Positions 8,944 through 18,097 are shown, counted from the stretch's first letter. The stretch: DNA of 30,000 nucleotides from Sutterella seckii (GCF_009183815.1 NZ_WEHX01000011.1:1-30000); one strand, 5' to 3'. The notes: generated by a model from the letters alone, not told the origin. Program-made: numbers and translations.

Positions 8944-9708
8944 TTAGTTGAAAAGGCCCTTGATCTTCTGAGCGAACTCGGCGACGACTTCAGGCGAATC
9001 GCCTTCGACGACGTCGTGAGCGCGCTGCTTCGTCGGCGGAACGACGACCGATTCGAGCTCTGCGACCGGAGCCGGAGCGCTCCAGGAGACATCGGCCGCG
9101 CCGAGCGCCTTCGTGGGCTTCCTGCCGGCGCCGAGAATGGCCTTCATGGTCGGGATGCGCGGCGTATTGATGTCGCTCGTCACGCAGACGGCTGCGGGGA
9201 GCGGGAGCTCGATCACCTCGACTTCGTTTTCAAGCGAACGTTCAACGAGAACCTTGTCGCCCGCCTTTTCAATCTTGCTCACGGCATTGACGCAGGGGAT
9301 GCCGAGAAGGCCCGCGGTGAGAAGACCCACCTGCTGGGCGTAAAGGTCGCCCGAGCCTTCGCCGAAGACGAGGAGATCAAAGCCGGTCGTCTTCACGGCA
9401 GCGGCGATCGCGGAGGCCGTGACGTCGGGGAGCGCCCCTTCAAAGGCCGCGTCCTTCACGAGAACGAGTTCGGAGGGACCGCGGGAAAGGACGTCCTTTC
9501 TGAGCTTCGTATTCTCAAGATACTTGCCGCCCACGGAGAGGGCGGTGACCGTGTCGCCGTCGGCGGCGAGGACAACGCCGGCTTCGATGCCGTTCAGGTC
9601 GAACTGACTGATCTTCGCTTCGGCGCGATCAAAATTCAGCTTGCTGTCGGGCGTCACGACGATGTCTTGCTCTTCCGGCACAACCTTGAAGCAAGTAACG
9701 ATATGCAT
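8944..9708 (-). CDS. ydiQ: FixA/YdiQ electron-transfer flavoprotein beta subunit
   Basis: ORF 8944..9738(-) trimmed to the ATG at 9706-9708 (254 aa). Matching runs: 'IVTCFKVVPEEQDIVVTP', 'AKISQFDLN.IEA', 'RKDVLSRGP', 'FGEGSGDLYAQQVGLL', 'CVTSDIN.PRIP.MKAILGAG.KP'. It ends 27 nt upstream of ydiR, which has an AGGAG Shine-Dalgarno. Confidence 0.9.
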   Translation of the reverse strand: MHIVTCFKVVPEEQDIVVTPDSKLNFDRAEAKISQFDLNGIEAGVVLAADGDTVTALSVGGKYLENTKLRKDVLSRGPSELVLVKDAAFEGALPDVTASAIAAAVKTTGFDLLVFGEGSGDLYAQQVGLLTAGLLGIPCVNAVSKIEKAGDKVLVERSLENEVEVIELPLPAAVCVTSDINTPRIPTMKAILGAGRKPTKALGAADVSWSAPAPVAELESVVVPPTKQRAHDVVEGDSPEVVAEFAQKIKGLFN

Positions 9709-11194
9709 AATGACTCCTTCGTTATTTGATGTGTGCATGAGGGCCGGCTGGGTATATATCTGAAAATATGTCAGAGACCTTTTCAGCGGTCATGCGGAAT
9801 ATCAGGAATAAAGATCTGGAATGAGCGCTTTTATTCGTTCTTTCGAATTAAGTCCCTCAAGCTGTGCACATATTGCCGGCTTAATTAAAAAGCCGCGAGA
9901 TGGTTACTTGCTTTTCATTTAAATAATTATGCAGAGCCCGGCGGGGTCCATATATAACCCTGGGCCGATAAATCTTTCCTCAGCCCTTATTCCGCATGGG
10001 ATTAAGGCGCTTTTTCGAGGGGCATGCTGAAGGTCTCCTTTGTCTGCCAGATCGTTCAGAAGACTTTCGCCGCTATTCGGCGCCTCAAAAAGCCCGGCGA
10101 ATCGCCCCGGGAGATCAGATGAATCGATGATTATTCATAAAATTCATGTCATTGCCATCCATGCGGAGGACTCCTCACCCTCCCCGGCGACGCCATTCCG
10201 AGGCGTCCGCATCCCCTGCATTTCCGGTTCCGGGAAGCGCCCGCAGCAAGATTGATCACCCTGCCTGCAGGATTATTGAAGGCCCGCGGGAGCCTTTCGG
10301 GATGCGTACGGCAAGGAGATTTCAGAACACAATTCAATGTTTTATAAGAAATAATTGATCTGCTCCGCGAGGAAGCCCACTGAGATTTCCGCTTCCCGGC
10401 CCATGTGCGGCGCTCTTTTGGAAAGCTTTCTCTGCTTTTCCGGATGCCGCTATCGACCCCGGAACGCTTTTTTCCCCGCTCCCCGGACAATGAGATGCAG
10501 CTTTGTTGAAAACACCCTTTTCGAGGGCAGGGAGGCTCGCCCGGATTCTCCGGCGGCGGCTCCCCTTATATATAGGGCGGCGCCCGGACCGCATCTTCTT
10601 GAGCGGCCCTTCAGGCGCCGTCATCAACGATCATTCTCTATTTTTCAATGAATTAGGCCAATGTGAGCGATCGCTCGCCTCTGCGCGGAAAGCGCACCGG
10701 CCGGCGTCCGCGCCCCTGGTTCAGCACCCTCATTTCCGCCCTTCCGGAAGCCCCTCAAAAAGGCCTTCCGACCCAGCTTCCGGGGTCGGGGAAAGCGAAA
10801 AATTCTGCAGCCCATGCAGGATTGTCCCGGCGGAGAAGCAAAAAACCACTGTTCAGTCATCCGGGCTTTTTGAGTTTCCCGAAAGCATTTTCCCCAATCA
10901 TCAGAGAGATATCGCTTTTAGGCACCAAACGAAAAGCGTCGGGTCCCTGCATCATTCTTGAGAATTAAAACACCAAATTGCATTCGTTTTCATTCGCCCG
11001 CTTTCGATAATGACTCTCGTCCAATGGAACTAAATCGATAGTTGCAGACAGCAAAATAAATCAGTCAAGTTCCTGCCGGAGAAAGTTTCTAATTCAGAAA
11101 TATTTTTATTTCTCCTGACAGCTGCTTCACGATTAAAAGCAAATATTAAAAAAGATTTTTTAATGCCTGCAGCTTTCTCAACCGGAGAAAACCC

Positions 11195-12442
11195 ATGAGT
11201 CAATCACCAGCCGGGCCGTCGAAAGGCACGTCCTTCATGCTCGCAGCGATAGGCATTTACCTGAGCTACTTCCTGCACGGCGCGAGCGTCATCGCGCTTG
11301 CGCAGAACATGACTTCTCTTGCCGAGAAGTTCGCCACCGACAGCGCAGGCATCGCCTACCTGATTTCGGGCATCGGCCTCGGCCGCCTCGTCACGATCCT
11401 CTTCTTCGGCGCGCTCTCGGACAAGTTCGGCCGCCGCGCGATGATTCTCCTCGGAATCATCCTCTACATGATCTTCTTCTTCGGGATCCCCTACAGCCCC
11501 AACCTGATGGTCGCCTTCTGCCTCGCCTTTGCGGTGGGCGCAGCCAACTCCGCGATCGACACGGGCGGCTATCCGGCCCTGATTGAATGCTTCCCGAAGG
11601 CCTCGAGCTCGGCCGTGATTCTGCTCAAAGCCATGGTTTCCTTCGGCCAGATGCTCTATCCGATGGCGGTGAGCTTCCTCATGGTCTCGAGCCTCTGGTA
11701 CGGCTACGCCTTCATTGTGCCCGGCATCATCTTCGTCCTCATCACGCTTCTCGTCCTCAAGTGCCGCTTCCCGAGCCAGGCCGTCGACGCCGCGGTCCTC
11801 AAGGATCTGCCGCAGATGCGCCAGCAGCCCTCCTACTGGGGCGAAGGCCTCATGGCCGTGATCTTCGGCGTCGCCGCATTCTCGACCTTCTACGTGATTG
11901 CCGTCTGGATGCCGCGCTACGCCATGGCCTTCGGCGGGATGTCGGAATCGGAATCCCTCACGACGATCTCCTACTACAGCATCGGTTCGCTCGTCTGCGT
12001 CTTCGCTTTCGCCTACCTCCTGAAGTCGAAGGTCCGTCCGGTCTGGGCAATGGTTCTCAACAGCCTCATCGCCTGCATCGCCTCGCTCGTTCTCTTCCTC
12101 TACCCGACGCCGCTCATCTGCAAGGCGGGCGCCTTCCTGATCGGCTTCTCCGCCGCGGGCGGCATCCTGCAGCTCGGCGTTGCGGTGATGGCTGAGTTCT
12201 TCCCGAAGAGCAAGGCGAAGGTGACCTCGGTCTACATGATGATGGGAGGCCTCGCAAACTTCGTGATCCCGCTCGCCACCGGCTACCTCTCGCAGATCAG
12301 CATCAAGTACATCATCCTCCTCGATTTTGGCCTGGCTGTTCTCACGCTCCTCACGTCGCTCTACCTCTTCCGCCGCTACTACGCGATCTTCTCGATCCCG
12401 GCGAAGGACGTCCGCTTCGGCGAAGCGCGCTTCATCAAATAA
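11195..12442 (+). CDS. ydiN: YdiN-like MFS transporter
   Basis: 415 aa with GGAG 8 nt upstream of the ATG. Long runs match remembered E. coli YdiN: 'YFLHG.SVI.LAQNM.SLAEKF.TD.AGIAYLISGIGLGRL', 'GGYPAL.ECFPKAS.SAVIL.KAMVSFGQM', 'FGVAAFSTFYVI.VWMP.YAMAF.GMSE', 'GFSAAGGILQLGV.VM.EFFPKSKAKVTS.YMMMGGLANFVIPL.TGYLS'. Confidence 0.9.
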   Translation: MSQSPAGPSKGTSFMLAAIGIYLSYFLHGASVIALAQNMTSLAEKFATDSAGIAYLISGIGLGRLVTILFFGALSDKFGRRAMILLGIILYMIFFFGIPYSPNLMVAFCLAFAVGAANSAIDTGGYPALIECFPKASSSAVILLKAMVSFGQMLYPMAVSFLMVSSLWYGYAFIVPGIIFVLITLLVLKCRFPSQAVDAAVLKDLPQMRQQPSYWGEGLMAVIFGVAAFSTFYVIAVWMPRYAMAFGGMSESESLTTISYYSIGSLVCVFAFAYLLKSKVRPVWAMVLNSLIACIASLVLFLYPTPLICKAGAFLIGFSAAGGILQLGVAVMAEFFPKSKAKVTSVYMMMGGLANFVIPLATGYLSQISIKYIILLDFGLAVLTLLTSLYLFRRYYAIFSIPAKDVRFGEARFIK

Positions 12443-12615
12443 ACCGTTTTCCTTAATCAACCCAACAGGCTTTTGCGGAAAGAGAGGGGAACCTTCCCCG
12501 CTCTTCCCCGGGAGCCAGAAATCCCCGGGCGCTCCGCCTCCTCGACCCGATTCCAGGGGCCGGACACCCGATCTCCAAATCTTCCGCATTTCCTAGATAT
12601 TTGAAGGAGTCAAAA

Positions 12616-13479
12616 ATGGAAGTCACCGCTAAGTACGAGCTCATCGGCCTCATGGCTTACCCGATCCGTCACAGCCTCTCGCCGACGATGCAGAACCGCG
12701 CTCTCGACAAGCTCGGCCTTCCCTACTGCTACATGGCCTTCGAGGTCGACAACGCCTCCTTCCCGGATGCCATCAAGGGCCTTCGCGCTCTGAAGATGCG
12801 CGGCTCGGGCGTCTCGATGCCGAACAAGCAGCTCGCCATCCAGTTCATGGACGAACTCGCCCCGGCCGCCAAGCTCGCCGGCGCCATCAACACGATCGTG
12901 AACGACAACGGCTACCTGAAGGGCTACAACACCGACGGCACGGGCCACATCCGCGCCATTAAGGAAACCGGCTTCGACGTCAAGGGCAAGACCATGGTCC
13001 TCGTCGGTGCGGGCGGCGCCGCCACCGCCATCGGCGCCCAGGCTGCCGTTGAAGGCTTCAAGGAAATCAAGCTCTTCAACCGCAAGGACGAATTCTGGGA
13101 AGGCGCCCACGCCTTTACGAAGCGCGTGAACGACAACTCCGACTGCCGCGTCACGGTCTGCGACCTCGACGATGAGAAGCTCTTCGGCGACGCCATCGCC
13201 GGCGCCGACGTTCTCACGAACGCCACCAAGGTCGGCATGAAGCCGCTCCACGAGCTCTCCGTCATCAAGGACGTCTCGATGCTCCGCCCGGACCTCCTCG
13301 TTTCCGAATGCGTCTACAACCCGCACATCACGAAGCTCCTCGAGCAGGCTCAGGCTGCGGGCTGCAAGACCGTCGACGGCTACGGCATGCTCCTCTGGCA
13401 GGGCTATGAACAGTTCAAGCTCTGGACCGGCGAAGACTTCCCGATCGAATACATCCGCGAATCGATGGGCTTCAAGTAA
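12616..13479 (+). CDS. ydiB: Quinate/shikimate dehydrogenase (NAD(P)-dependent), YdiB type
   Basis: ORF 12601..13479 trimmed to the ATG at 12616, which has GAAGGAG at 12603-12609. 287 aa. Matching runs: '[21 protein letters not shown]', '[10 protein letters not shown]', '[27 protein letters not shown]', 'GKTMVL.GAGGA.TAIGAQ', 'ECVYNPH.TKLL', '[19 protein letters not shown]'. These are nearly collinear with remembered E. coli YdiB. Confidence 0.92.
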   Translation: MEVTAKYELIGLMAYPIRHSLSPTMQNRALDKLGLPYCYMAFEVDNASFPDAIKGLRALKMRGSGVSMPNKQLAIQFMDELAPAAKLAGAINTIVNDNGYLKGYNTDGTGHIRAIKETGFDVKGKTMVLVGAGGAATAIGAQAAVEGFKEIKLFNRKDEFWEGAHAFTKRVNDNSDCRVTVCDLDDEKLFGDAIAGADVLTNATKVGMKPLHELSVIKDVSMLRPDLLVSECVYNPHITKLLEQAQAAGCKTVDGYGMLLWQGYEQFKLWTGEDFPIEYIRESMGFK

Positions 13480-13587
13480 TCCGCCGACTCTCCTGCCGGG
13501 CGGCAACTTCTCCAGCTCCGCCCGGCGGGGAGCGCGGTTTCCCGCCAAGCATCGTATTCTTAGTTTCTCCTCTCTCCGGATTCAGAA

Positions 13588-14346
13588 ATGCAGACTGTTC
13601 AGATTAAAAACGTTACCCTGGGCGAAGGCGCCCCGAAGATCATCGTCTCCCTGATGGCGAAGGACATTGCCGCCGTCAAGAGCGAAGCCCTCGCCTACCG
13701 CTCCGCCGACTTCGACATCCTCGAATGGCGCGGCGACCACTTCACGGCCATCGCCGACACGGCCGCGGCGCTTGACGCCCTGCGCGAACTCCGCGCGGTC
13801 TTCCCCGACAAGCCCATCCTCTTCACGTTCCGCAGCAAGAAGGAAGGCGGCGAACAGGAAATCGCTCCCGAAGCCTACATTGCGCTCAACATCGCCATGG
13901 CTGAAAGCGGCCTCGTCGACGCGATCGACCTCGAGCTCTTCACGGGCGACGCCCTCGTCTCCCAGACCATCGCCCGCGCGCATGCGAAGGGCGTGAAGGT
14001 CATCATGTCGAACCACGACTTCCACAAGACCCCGGCGAAGGAAGAGATCGTCAAGCGCCTCACGAAGATGCAGGAACTCGGCGCCGACGTGCCCAAGATC
14101 GCGCTCATGCCCGAATCCAAGGCCGACGTCCTCACGGTTCTCGCCGCCACCCTCGAAGTTTCCGAGAAGATTGCCGACCGTCCGATCATCACGATGTCGA
14201 TGTCTAAGACCGGCGTCATCTCCCGCCTCGCCGGCGAAGTCTTCGGTTCCGCCGCCACCTTCGGCGCCGTCCAGAAGGCCTCCGCCCCCGGCCAGATCTC
14301 CGTGACCGACCTCCGCACGGTCCTCTCGATCATTCACGCGGCTTAA
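13588..14346 (+). CDS. aroD: 3-dehydroquinate dehydratase, type I (cytoplasmic)
   Basis: 252 aa. Matching runs: '[14 protein letters not shown]', 'ADFDILEWR', 'FTFRS.KEGGEQ', 'IDLELFTGD', 'SNHDFHKTP' (catalytic His), 'PKIALMP' (Schiff-base Lys), '[46 protein letters not shown]'. There is no signal peptide. Confidence 0.93.
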   Translation: MQTVQIKNVTLGEGAPKIIVSLMAKDIAAVKSEALAYRSADFDILEWRGDHFTAIADTAAALDALRELRAVFPDKPILFTFRSKKEGGEQEIAPEAYIALNIAMAESGLVDAIDLELFTGDALVSQTIARAHAKGVKVIMSNHDFHKTPAKEEIVKRLTKMQELGADVPKIALMPESKADVLTVLAATLEVSEKIADRPIITMSMSKTGVISRLAGEVFGSAATFGAVQKASAPGQISVTDLRTVLSIIHAA

Positions 14347-14599
14347 TTTCAGCCCGCCCCGCGCTCCCCGGCGTTCTTGTCGCCGGGACGCGGACCGCGC
14401 CCGCAGGAGGGAAGTTCTTCCCCGCGGGCCCGCCTGATCGATTTTTGAAAACCTCCAGCACTCTGCAGCGCCCTCAAAAGCGCCGCAGCCGGGTCCCCTC
14501 GCGCCCGAAAAAGGCCGGGACGGATCCGAACACCCAAAATTTTCGAGCAAAGCGTCCGCAGGGTTCTCCCGGTGCGGGCAGCTCAATCCGGAGAATTCC

Positions 14600-16192
14600 A
14601 TGCAGATTGCAAAACCCAAGCGCATCAACGGCCGCGTGCCCGTCATGTCCGCCGAAGAGGCCGTGACCTACATTCCTGATGAAGCCACGCTCTGCGTTCT
14701 CGGCGCCGGCGGCGGCATTCTTGAAGCGACGAAGCTCATCGAAGCCCTCGCCGAACGCTACAAGACCACGCAGACCCCGAAGAACCTCGGCATCATCAGC
14801 CCGACGGGCCTCGGCGACCGCGCCGAGCGCGGCATCAGCCCGATCGCTCAGGAAGGCCTCGTCAAGTGGGCGCTCTGCGGCCACTGGGGACAGTCGCCCC
14901 GCATTTCCGAGCTCGCCGAGCAGAACAAGATCTCTGCCTGGAACTATCCGCAGGGCGTCCTCACGCAGATGCTCCGCGCATCGGCCGCCCACCAACCCGG
15001 CATCATCTCGGAAATCGGCCTCGGCACCTTCGTCGATCCGCGCAACCAGGGCGGCAAATTGAACGACGTGACGAAGGAAGACCTGATCAAGCTCGTCAAC
15101 ATCGAAGACAAGGAATACCTCTACTACAAGTCGGTTCCGCCCAATGTCGCCTTCATCCGCGCCACGACCTGCGACAGCGAAGGCTATGCGACCTTTGAGG
15201 ACGAGGTGATGTACCTCGACGCCCTCGTCATCGCCGAAGCCGTTCACAACAACGGCGGCATCGTGATGATGCAGGTTCAGAAGATGGTGAAGAAGGCGAT
15301 CCTTCATCCGAAGAACGTCCGCATCCCGGGCTACCTCGTCGACATCGTCGTCGTCGACCCGCAGCAGACGCAGCTCTACGGCGGCGCGCCGGTGAACCGC
15401 TTCATCTCGGGCGACTTCACGCTCGACGATTCCGAACGCGTCAAGATTCCGCTCAACCAGCGCAAGGTCGTCGCCCGCCGCGCTCTCTATGAAATGAAGA
15501 AGCAGGCGATCGGCAACGTCGGCGTCGGCATTGCCGACGGCATCGGCCTCGTCGCCCGCGAGGAAGGCTGCGACGAAGACTTCGTCCTCACCGTTGAGAC
15601 GGGCCCGATCGGCGGCATCACGACGCAGGGCGTCGCCTTCGGCGCGAACGTCAACACCCGCGCCATTCTCGACATGACCGCGCAGTTCGACTTCTACCAC
15701 GGCGGCGGCCTCGACGTCTGCTACCTCTCCTTTGCCGAAGTCGACAAGGAAGGCAACGTCAACGTCCACAAGTTCAACGGCAAGATCATGGGCACGGGCG
15801 GCTTCATCGACATCAGCGCCACCTCGAAGAAGATCGTCTTCTGCGGCACGCTCACCGCGGGCGGCCTCAGGACCGAAGTCGGCGACGGCAAGCTCACGAT
15901 CACCCAGGAAGGGCGCGTCACGAAGTTCGTCGACCATCTCCCGGAAATCACGTTCTCGGGCAAGGTCGCCCTCGAACGCGGCCTCGACGTCCGCTACGTC
16001 ACCGAACGCGCGGTCTTCACGCTCAAGGCTGACGGCCTCCACCTCGTCGAAGTTGCTCCGGGCGTCGACATCGAGCGCGACATCGTCGCGAAGATGGGCT
16101 TCAAGCCCGTGATCGACAAGAATCTGAAGCAAATGGACGCCTGCATCTTCACCGATGCCGTCATGGGCTTCAAGCTCCCCGACGCTGAATAA
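14600..16192 (+). CDS. ydiF: Family I acyl-CoA:carboxylate CoA-transferase (fused alpha/beta), YdiF type
   Basis: 530 aa with GGAG 7 nt upstream. Runs match remembered E. coli YdiF: 'RINGRVPV', 'IPDEATLCVLGAGGGILEAT', 'GLVKWALCGHWGQSPRIS', 'TTCDSEGYATFEDEVMYLDALVIA', 'VHNNGGIVMMQVQKMVKKA', 'FNGKIMGTGGFIDISATSKKI.FCGTLTAG'. Confidence 0.93.
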   Translation: MQIAKPKRINGRVPVMSAEEAVTYIPDEATLCVLGAGGGILEATKLIEALAERYKTTQTPKNLGIISPTGLGDRAERGISPIAQEGLVKWALCGHWGQSPRISELAEQNKISAWNYPQGVLTQMLRASAAHQPGIISEIGLGTFVDPRNQGGKLNDVTKEDLIKLVNIEDKEYLYYKSVPPNVAFIRATTCDSEGYATFEDEVMYLDALVIAEAVHNNGGIVMMQVQKMVKKAILHPKNVRIPGYLVDIVVVDPQQTQLYGGAPVNRFISGDFTLDDSERVKIPLNQRKVVARRALYEMKKQAIGNVGVGIADGIGLVAREEGCDEDFVLTVETGPIGGITTQGVAFGANVNTRAILDMTAQFDFYHGGGLDVCYLSFAEVDKEGNVNVHKFNGKIMGTGGFIDISATSKKIVFCGTLTAGGLRTEVGDGKLTITQEGRVTKFVDHLPEITFSGKVALERGLDVRYVTERAVFTLKADGLHLVEVAPGVDIERDIVAKMGFKPVIDKNLKQMDACIFTDAVMGFKLPDAE

Positions 16193-16239
16193 CCCCTTTC
16201 CAAATTCCCAAACCTTTCCCACTTCAAGGAAAAGAGAAA

Positions 16240-17394
16240 ATGGCTATCGATTTTTCGCTCACCGAAGAGCAGGAGCTGCTCCTTGCCTCCATCCGCGAAC
16301 TCATCACGACCGAGTTCCCTGAAGAGTACTGGCGCACCCACGACGAAACGAGCACCTACCCGCGCGAATTCATGAAGGCGCTCGCCGAAAACGGCATCTC
16401 GATGCTCGGCGTCCCTGAAGAATTCGGCGGCATCCCCGCCGACTACGTGACGCAGATGCTCGCCCTCATGGAAGTCGCCAAGTGCGGCGCCCCGGCGTTC
16501 CTCCTCACGAACGGCCAGTGCATCCACTCGATGCTCCGCTTCGGCTCGCCCGAGCAGCTGAAGAAAACCGCTGAAAGCACGGCTGCCACGGGCGACCCCG
16601 CCTACTCGCTCGCCCTCACGGAACCGGGCGCCGGCAGCGACAGCAACGCCACCGCCACGACCTTCACGCGCCGCGACGGCAAGATCTACCTCAACGGCCA
16701 GAAGACCTTCATCACGGGCGCTGCCGAATATCCGTACATGCTCGTCATCGCCCGCGATCCCGAGCAGCAGGATCCGAAGAAGGCCTTCTCCCTCTTCTGG
16801 GTCGACGCGAAGAAGCCCGGCATCAAGGTGAATCCCCTTCACAAGATCGGCTGGCACCTCGTGAGCACCTGCGAGGTGTACCTCGACAACGTCGAGGTTG
16901 AGGAATCCGACATGGTGGGCGAGGAAGGCAAAGGCTTCCTCAACGTCATGTACAACTTCGAAATGGAGCGCCTCATCAACGCCGCCCGCTGCACGGGCTT
17001 TGCGGAATGCGCCTTCGAGGACGCCGCCCGCTACGCCAACCAGCGCATCGCGTTCGGTCAGCCGATCGGCTTCAACCAGATGATCCAGGAAAAGCTCGCC
17101 CTCATGGCCGTCAAGTGCAAGAACATGCGCAACATGGTTCTGCAGACTGCCTGGCAGGCGGACCGCAAGGAGTCGCTGCGCGTGACGTCGTCGCTCGCGA
17201 AGCTCTACTGCGCCCGCACGGCGCTTGAAGTGATCGACGATGCGATCCAGATCATGGGCGGCCTCGGCTACACGAACGACGCCCGCGTCTCCCGCCTCTG
17301 GCGCGACGTCCGCTGCGAACGCATCGGCGGCGGCACGGACGAAATCATGATCTACATCGCCGGCCGTCAGATCCTGAAGGCCTACCGCGAATAA
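16240..17394 (+). CDS. ydiO: Acyl-CoA dehydrogenase family protein (putative enoyl-CoA reductase), YdiO type
   Basis: 384 aa. Matching runs: 'DFSLTEEQELLLASIRELITT', 'GISMLGVPEEFGGIPADYVTQMLALMEV', 'LTEPGAGSD', 'FLNVMYNFEMERLINAAR', 'RCERIGGGTDEIMIY'. The protein is CaiA-like overall. Confidence 0.93.
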   Translation: MAIDFSLTEEQELLLASIRELITTEFPEEYWRTHDETSTYPREFMKALAENGISMLGVPEEFGGIPADYVTQMLALMEVAKCGAPAFLLTNGQCIHSMLRFGSPEQLKKTAESTAATGDPAYSLALTEPGAGSDSNATATTFTRRDGKIYLNGQKTFITGAAEYPYMLVIARDPEQQDPKKAFSLFWVDAKKPGIKVNPLHKIGWHLVSTCEVYLDNVEVEESDMVGEEGKGFLNVMYNFEMERLINAARCTGFAECAFEDAARYANQRIAFGQPIGFNQMIQEKLALMAVKCKNMRNMVLQTAWQADRKESLRVTSSLAKLYCARTALEVIDDAIQIMGGLGYTNDARVSRLWRDVRCERIGGGTDEIMIYIAGRQILKAYRE

Positions 17395-17429
17395 TCCTGA
17401 TGTTCTGAACCTTCAGAACTGCGCTTTGC

Positions 17430-17468
17430 GCTCCGGAATCGTCCTGACAACGGTTCCGGAGCGTTTTT
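17430..17468 (+). terminator. Rho-independent terminator after ydiO
   Basis: Stem gctccggaa (17430-17438) pairs with ttccggagc (17454-17462) and is followed by gTTTTT (17463-17468). Confidence 0.6.
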
Positions 17469-17660
17469 CATTTAGGAAGCGGCAGTATTGACAGATTCCG
17501 GACTTCAGTTCGACACTGAGCTCTAAAGTAAATTCCTTAATCCGGAATAACTATTTCCATTTCTAAATGCAACTTCAGGGTTTTTACCAGTATTCAGACG
17601 GTAAGATGTCTTCATTCGTTCTTTGTCGAACATTTCCCCATTTTTGAAGGTTCATCCGCA

Positions 17661-18077
17661 ATGTCCCGTCTTTTCACGAACTCCGCCCTTTCCACCTCCT
17701 TCGGCCTCCTCTTTCTCCGCATCGCGCTTGCAGGGAGCCTCCTCACGCACGGCATCGCCAAAATCGAGAATTTCTCGGCGCTATCCAACTCCTTCCCGGA
17801 TCCCTTCGGGACGGAGCATCTGACAGCGCTTCTTCTTGCCATCTTCGCCGAAGTCGTCTGCTCGATCTTCGTCCTCATCGGTCTCTGGACGCGCGCCGCG
17901 CTCATTCCGCTCATCTGCACCTTCCTCACGATTGCCTTCGTGGTGCTCGCCGGAAAGGACTTCGGCGCTCGCGAAATGCCGCTCCTCTATCTCTTCGGCT
18001 TCGCGACGCTCTTCTTCACGGGCGCGGGCAGCTTCTCGCTCTCTGGGCTCACCAGGGCTGCTGCCAGGAAAGCCTGA
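17661..18077 (+). CDS. DoxX-family integral membrane protein
   Basis: 138 aa with four hydrophobic segments. The N-terminal 'FGLLFLRIALAGSLLTHGIAK' is typical of DoxX/DoxD-like proteins. Confidence 0.75.
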   Translation: MSRLFTNSALSTSFGLLFLRIALAGSLLTHGIAKIENFSALSNSFPDPFGTEHLTALLLAIFAEVVCSIFVLIGLWTRAALIPLICTFLTIAFVVLAGKDFGAREMPLLYLFGFATLFFTGAGSFSLSGLTRAAARKA

Positions 18078-18097
18078 TTTCCTCCCGCGTAATACGC

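Noticed and set aside
10040-10968. Small overlapping ORFs (62-152 aa) in the 1.49-kb ydiQ/ydiN spacer, including a His/Ile-rich 'MIIHKIHVIAIHAEDS' start that looked briefly like a leader peptide.
   Set aside because: They have no SD, a biased Arg/Pro/Ser/Gly composition, mutual overlap on both strands, and no recognisable domain. I treat the region as non-coding.
11204-12589. Long antisense ORFs opposite well-supported genes: 11204..12589(-) 461 aa, 18225..20213(+) 662 aa, 14474..16222(-) 582 aa, 27569..28918(+) 449 aa, 25454..26962(-) 502 aa, 6967..8007(+), 13582..14646(-), 12610..13548(-), 29010..29933(+), 5286..6167(+), 15994..16857(-).
   Set aside because: These are typical shadow ORFs of high-GC DNA. 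They are extremely Arg/Ala/Gly/Glu/Asp-rich with no recognisable motifs. In each case the opposite strand encodes a protein with clear family signatures, a proper Shine-Dalgarno and operon context.
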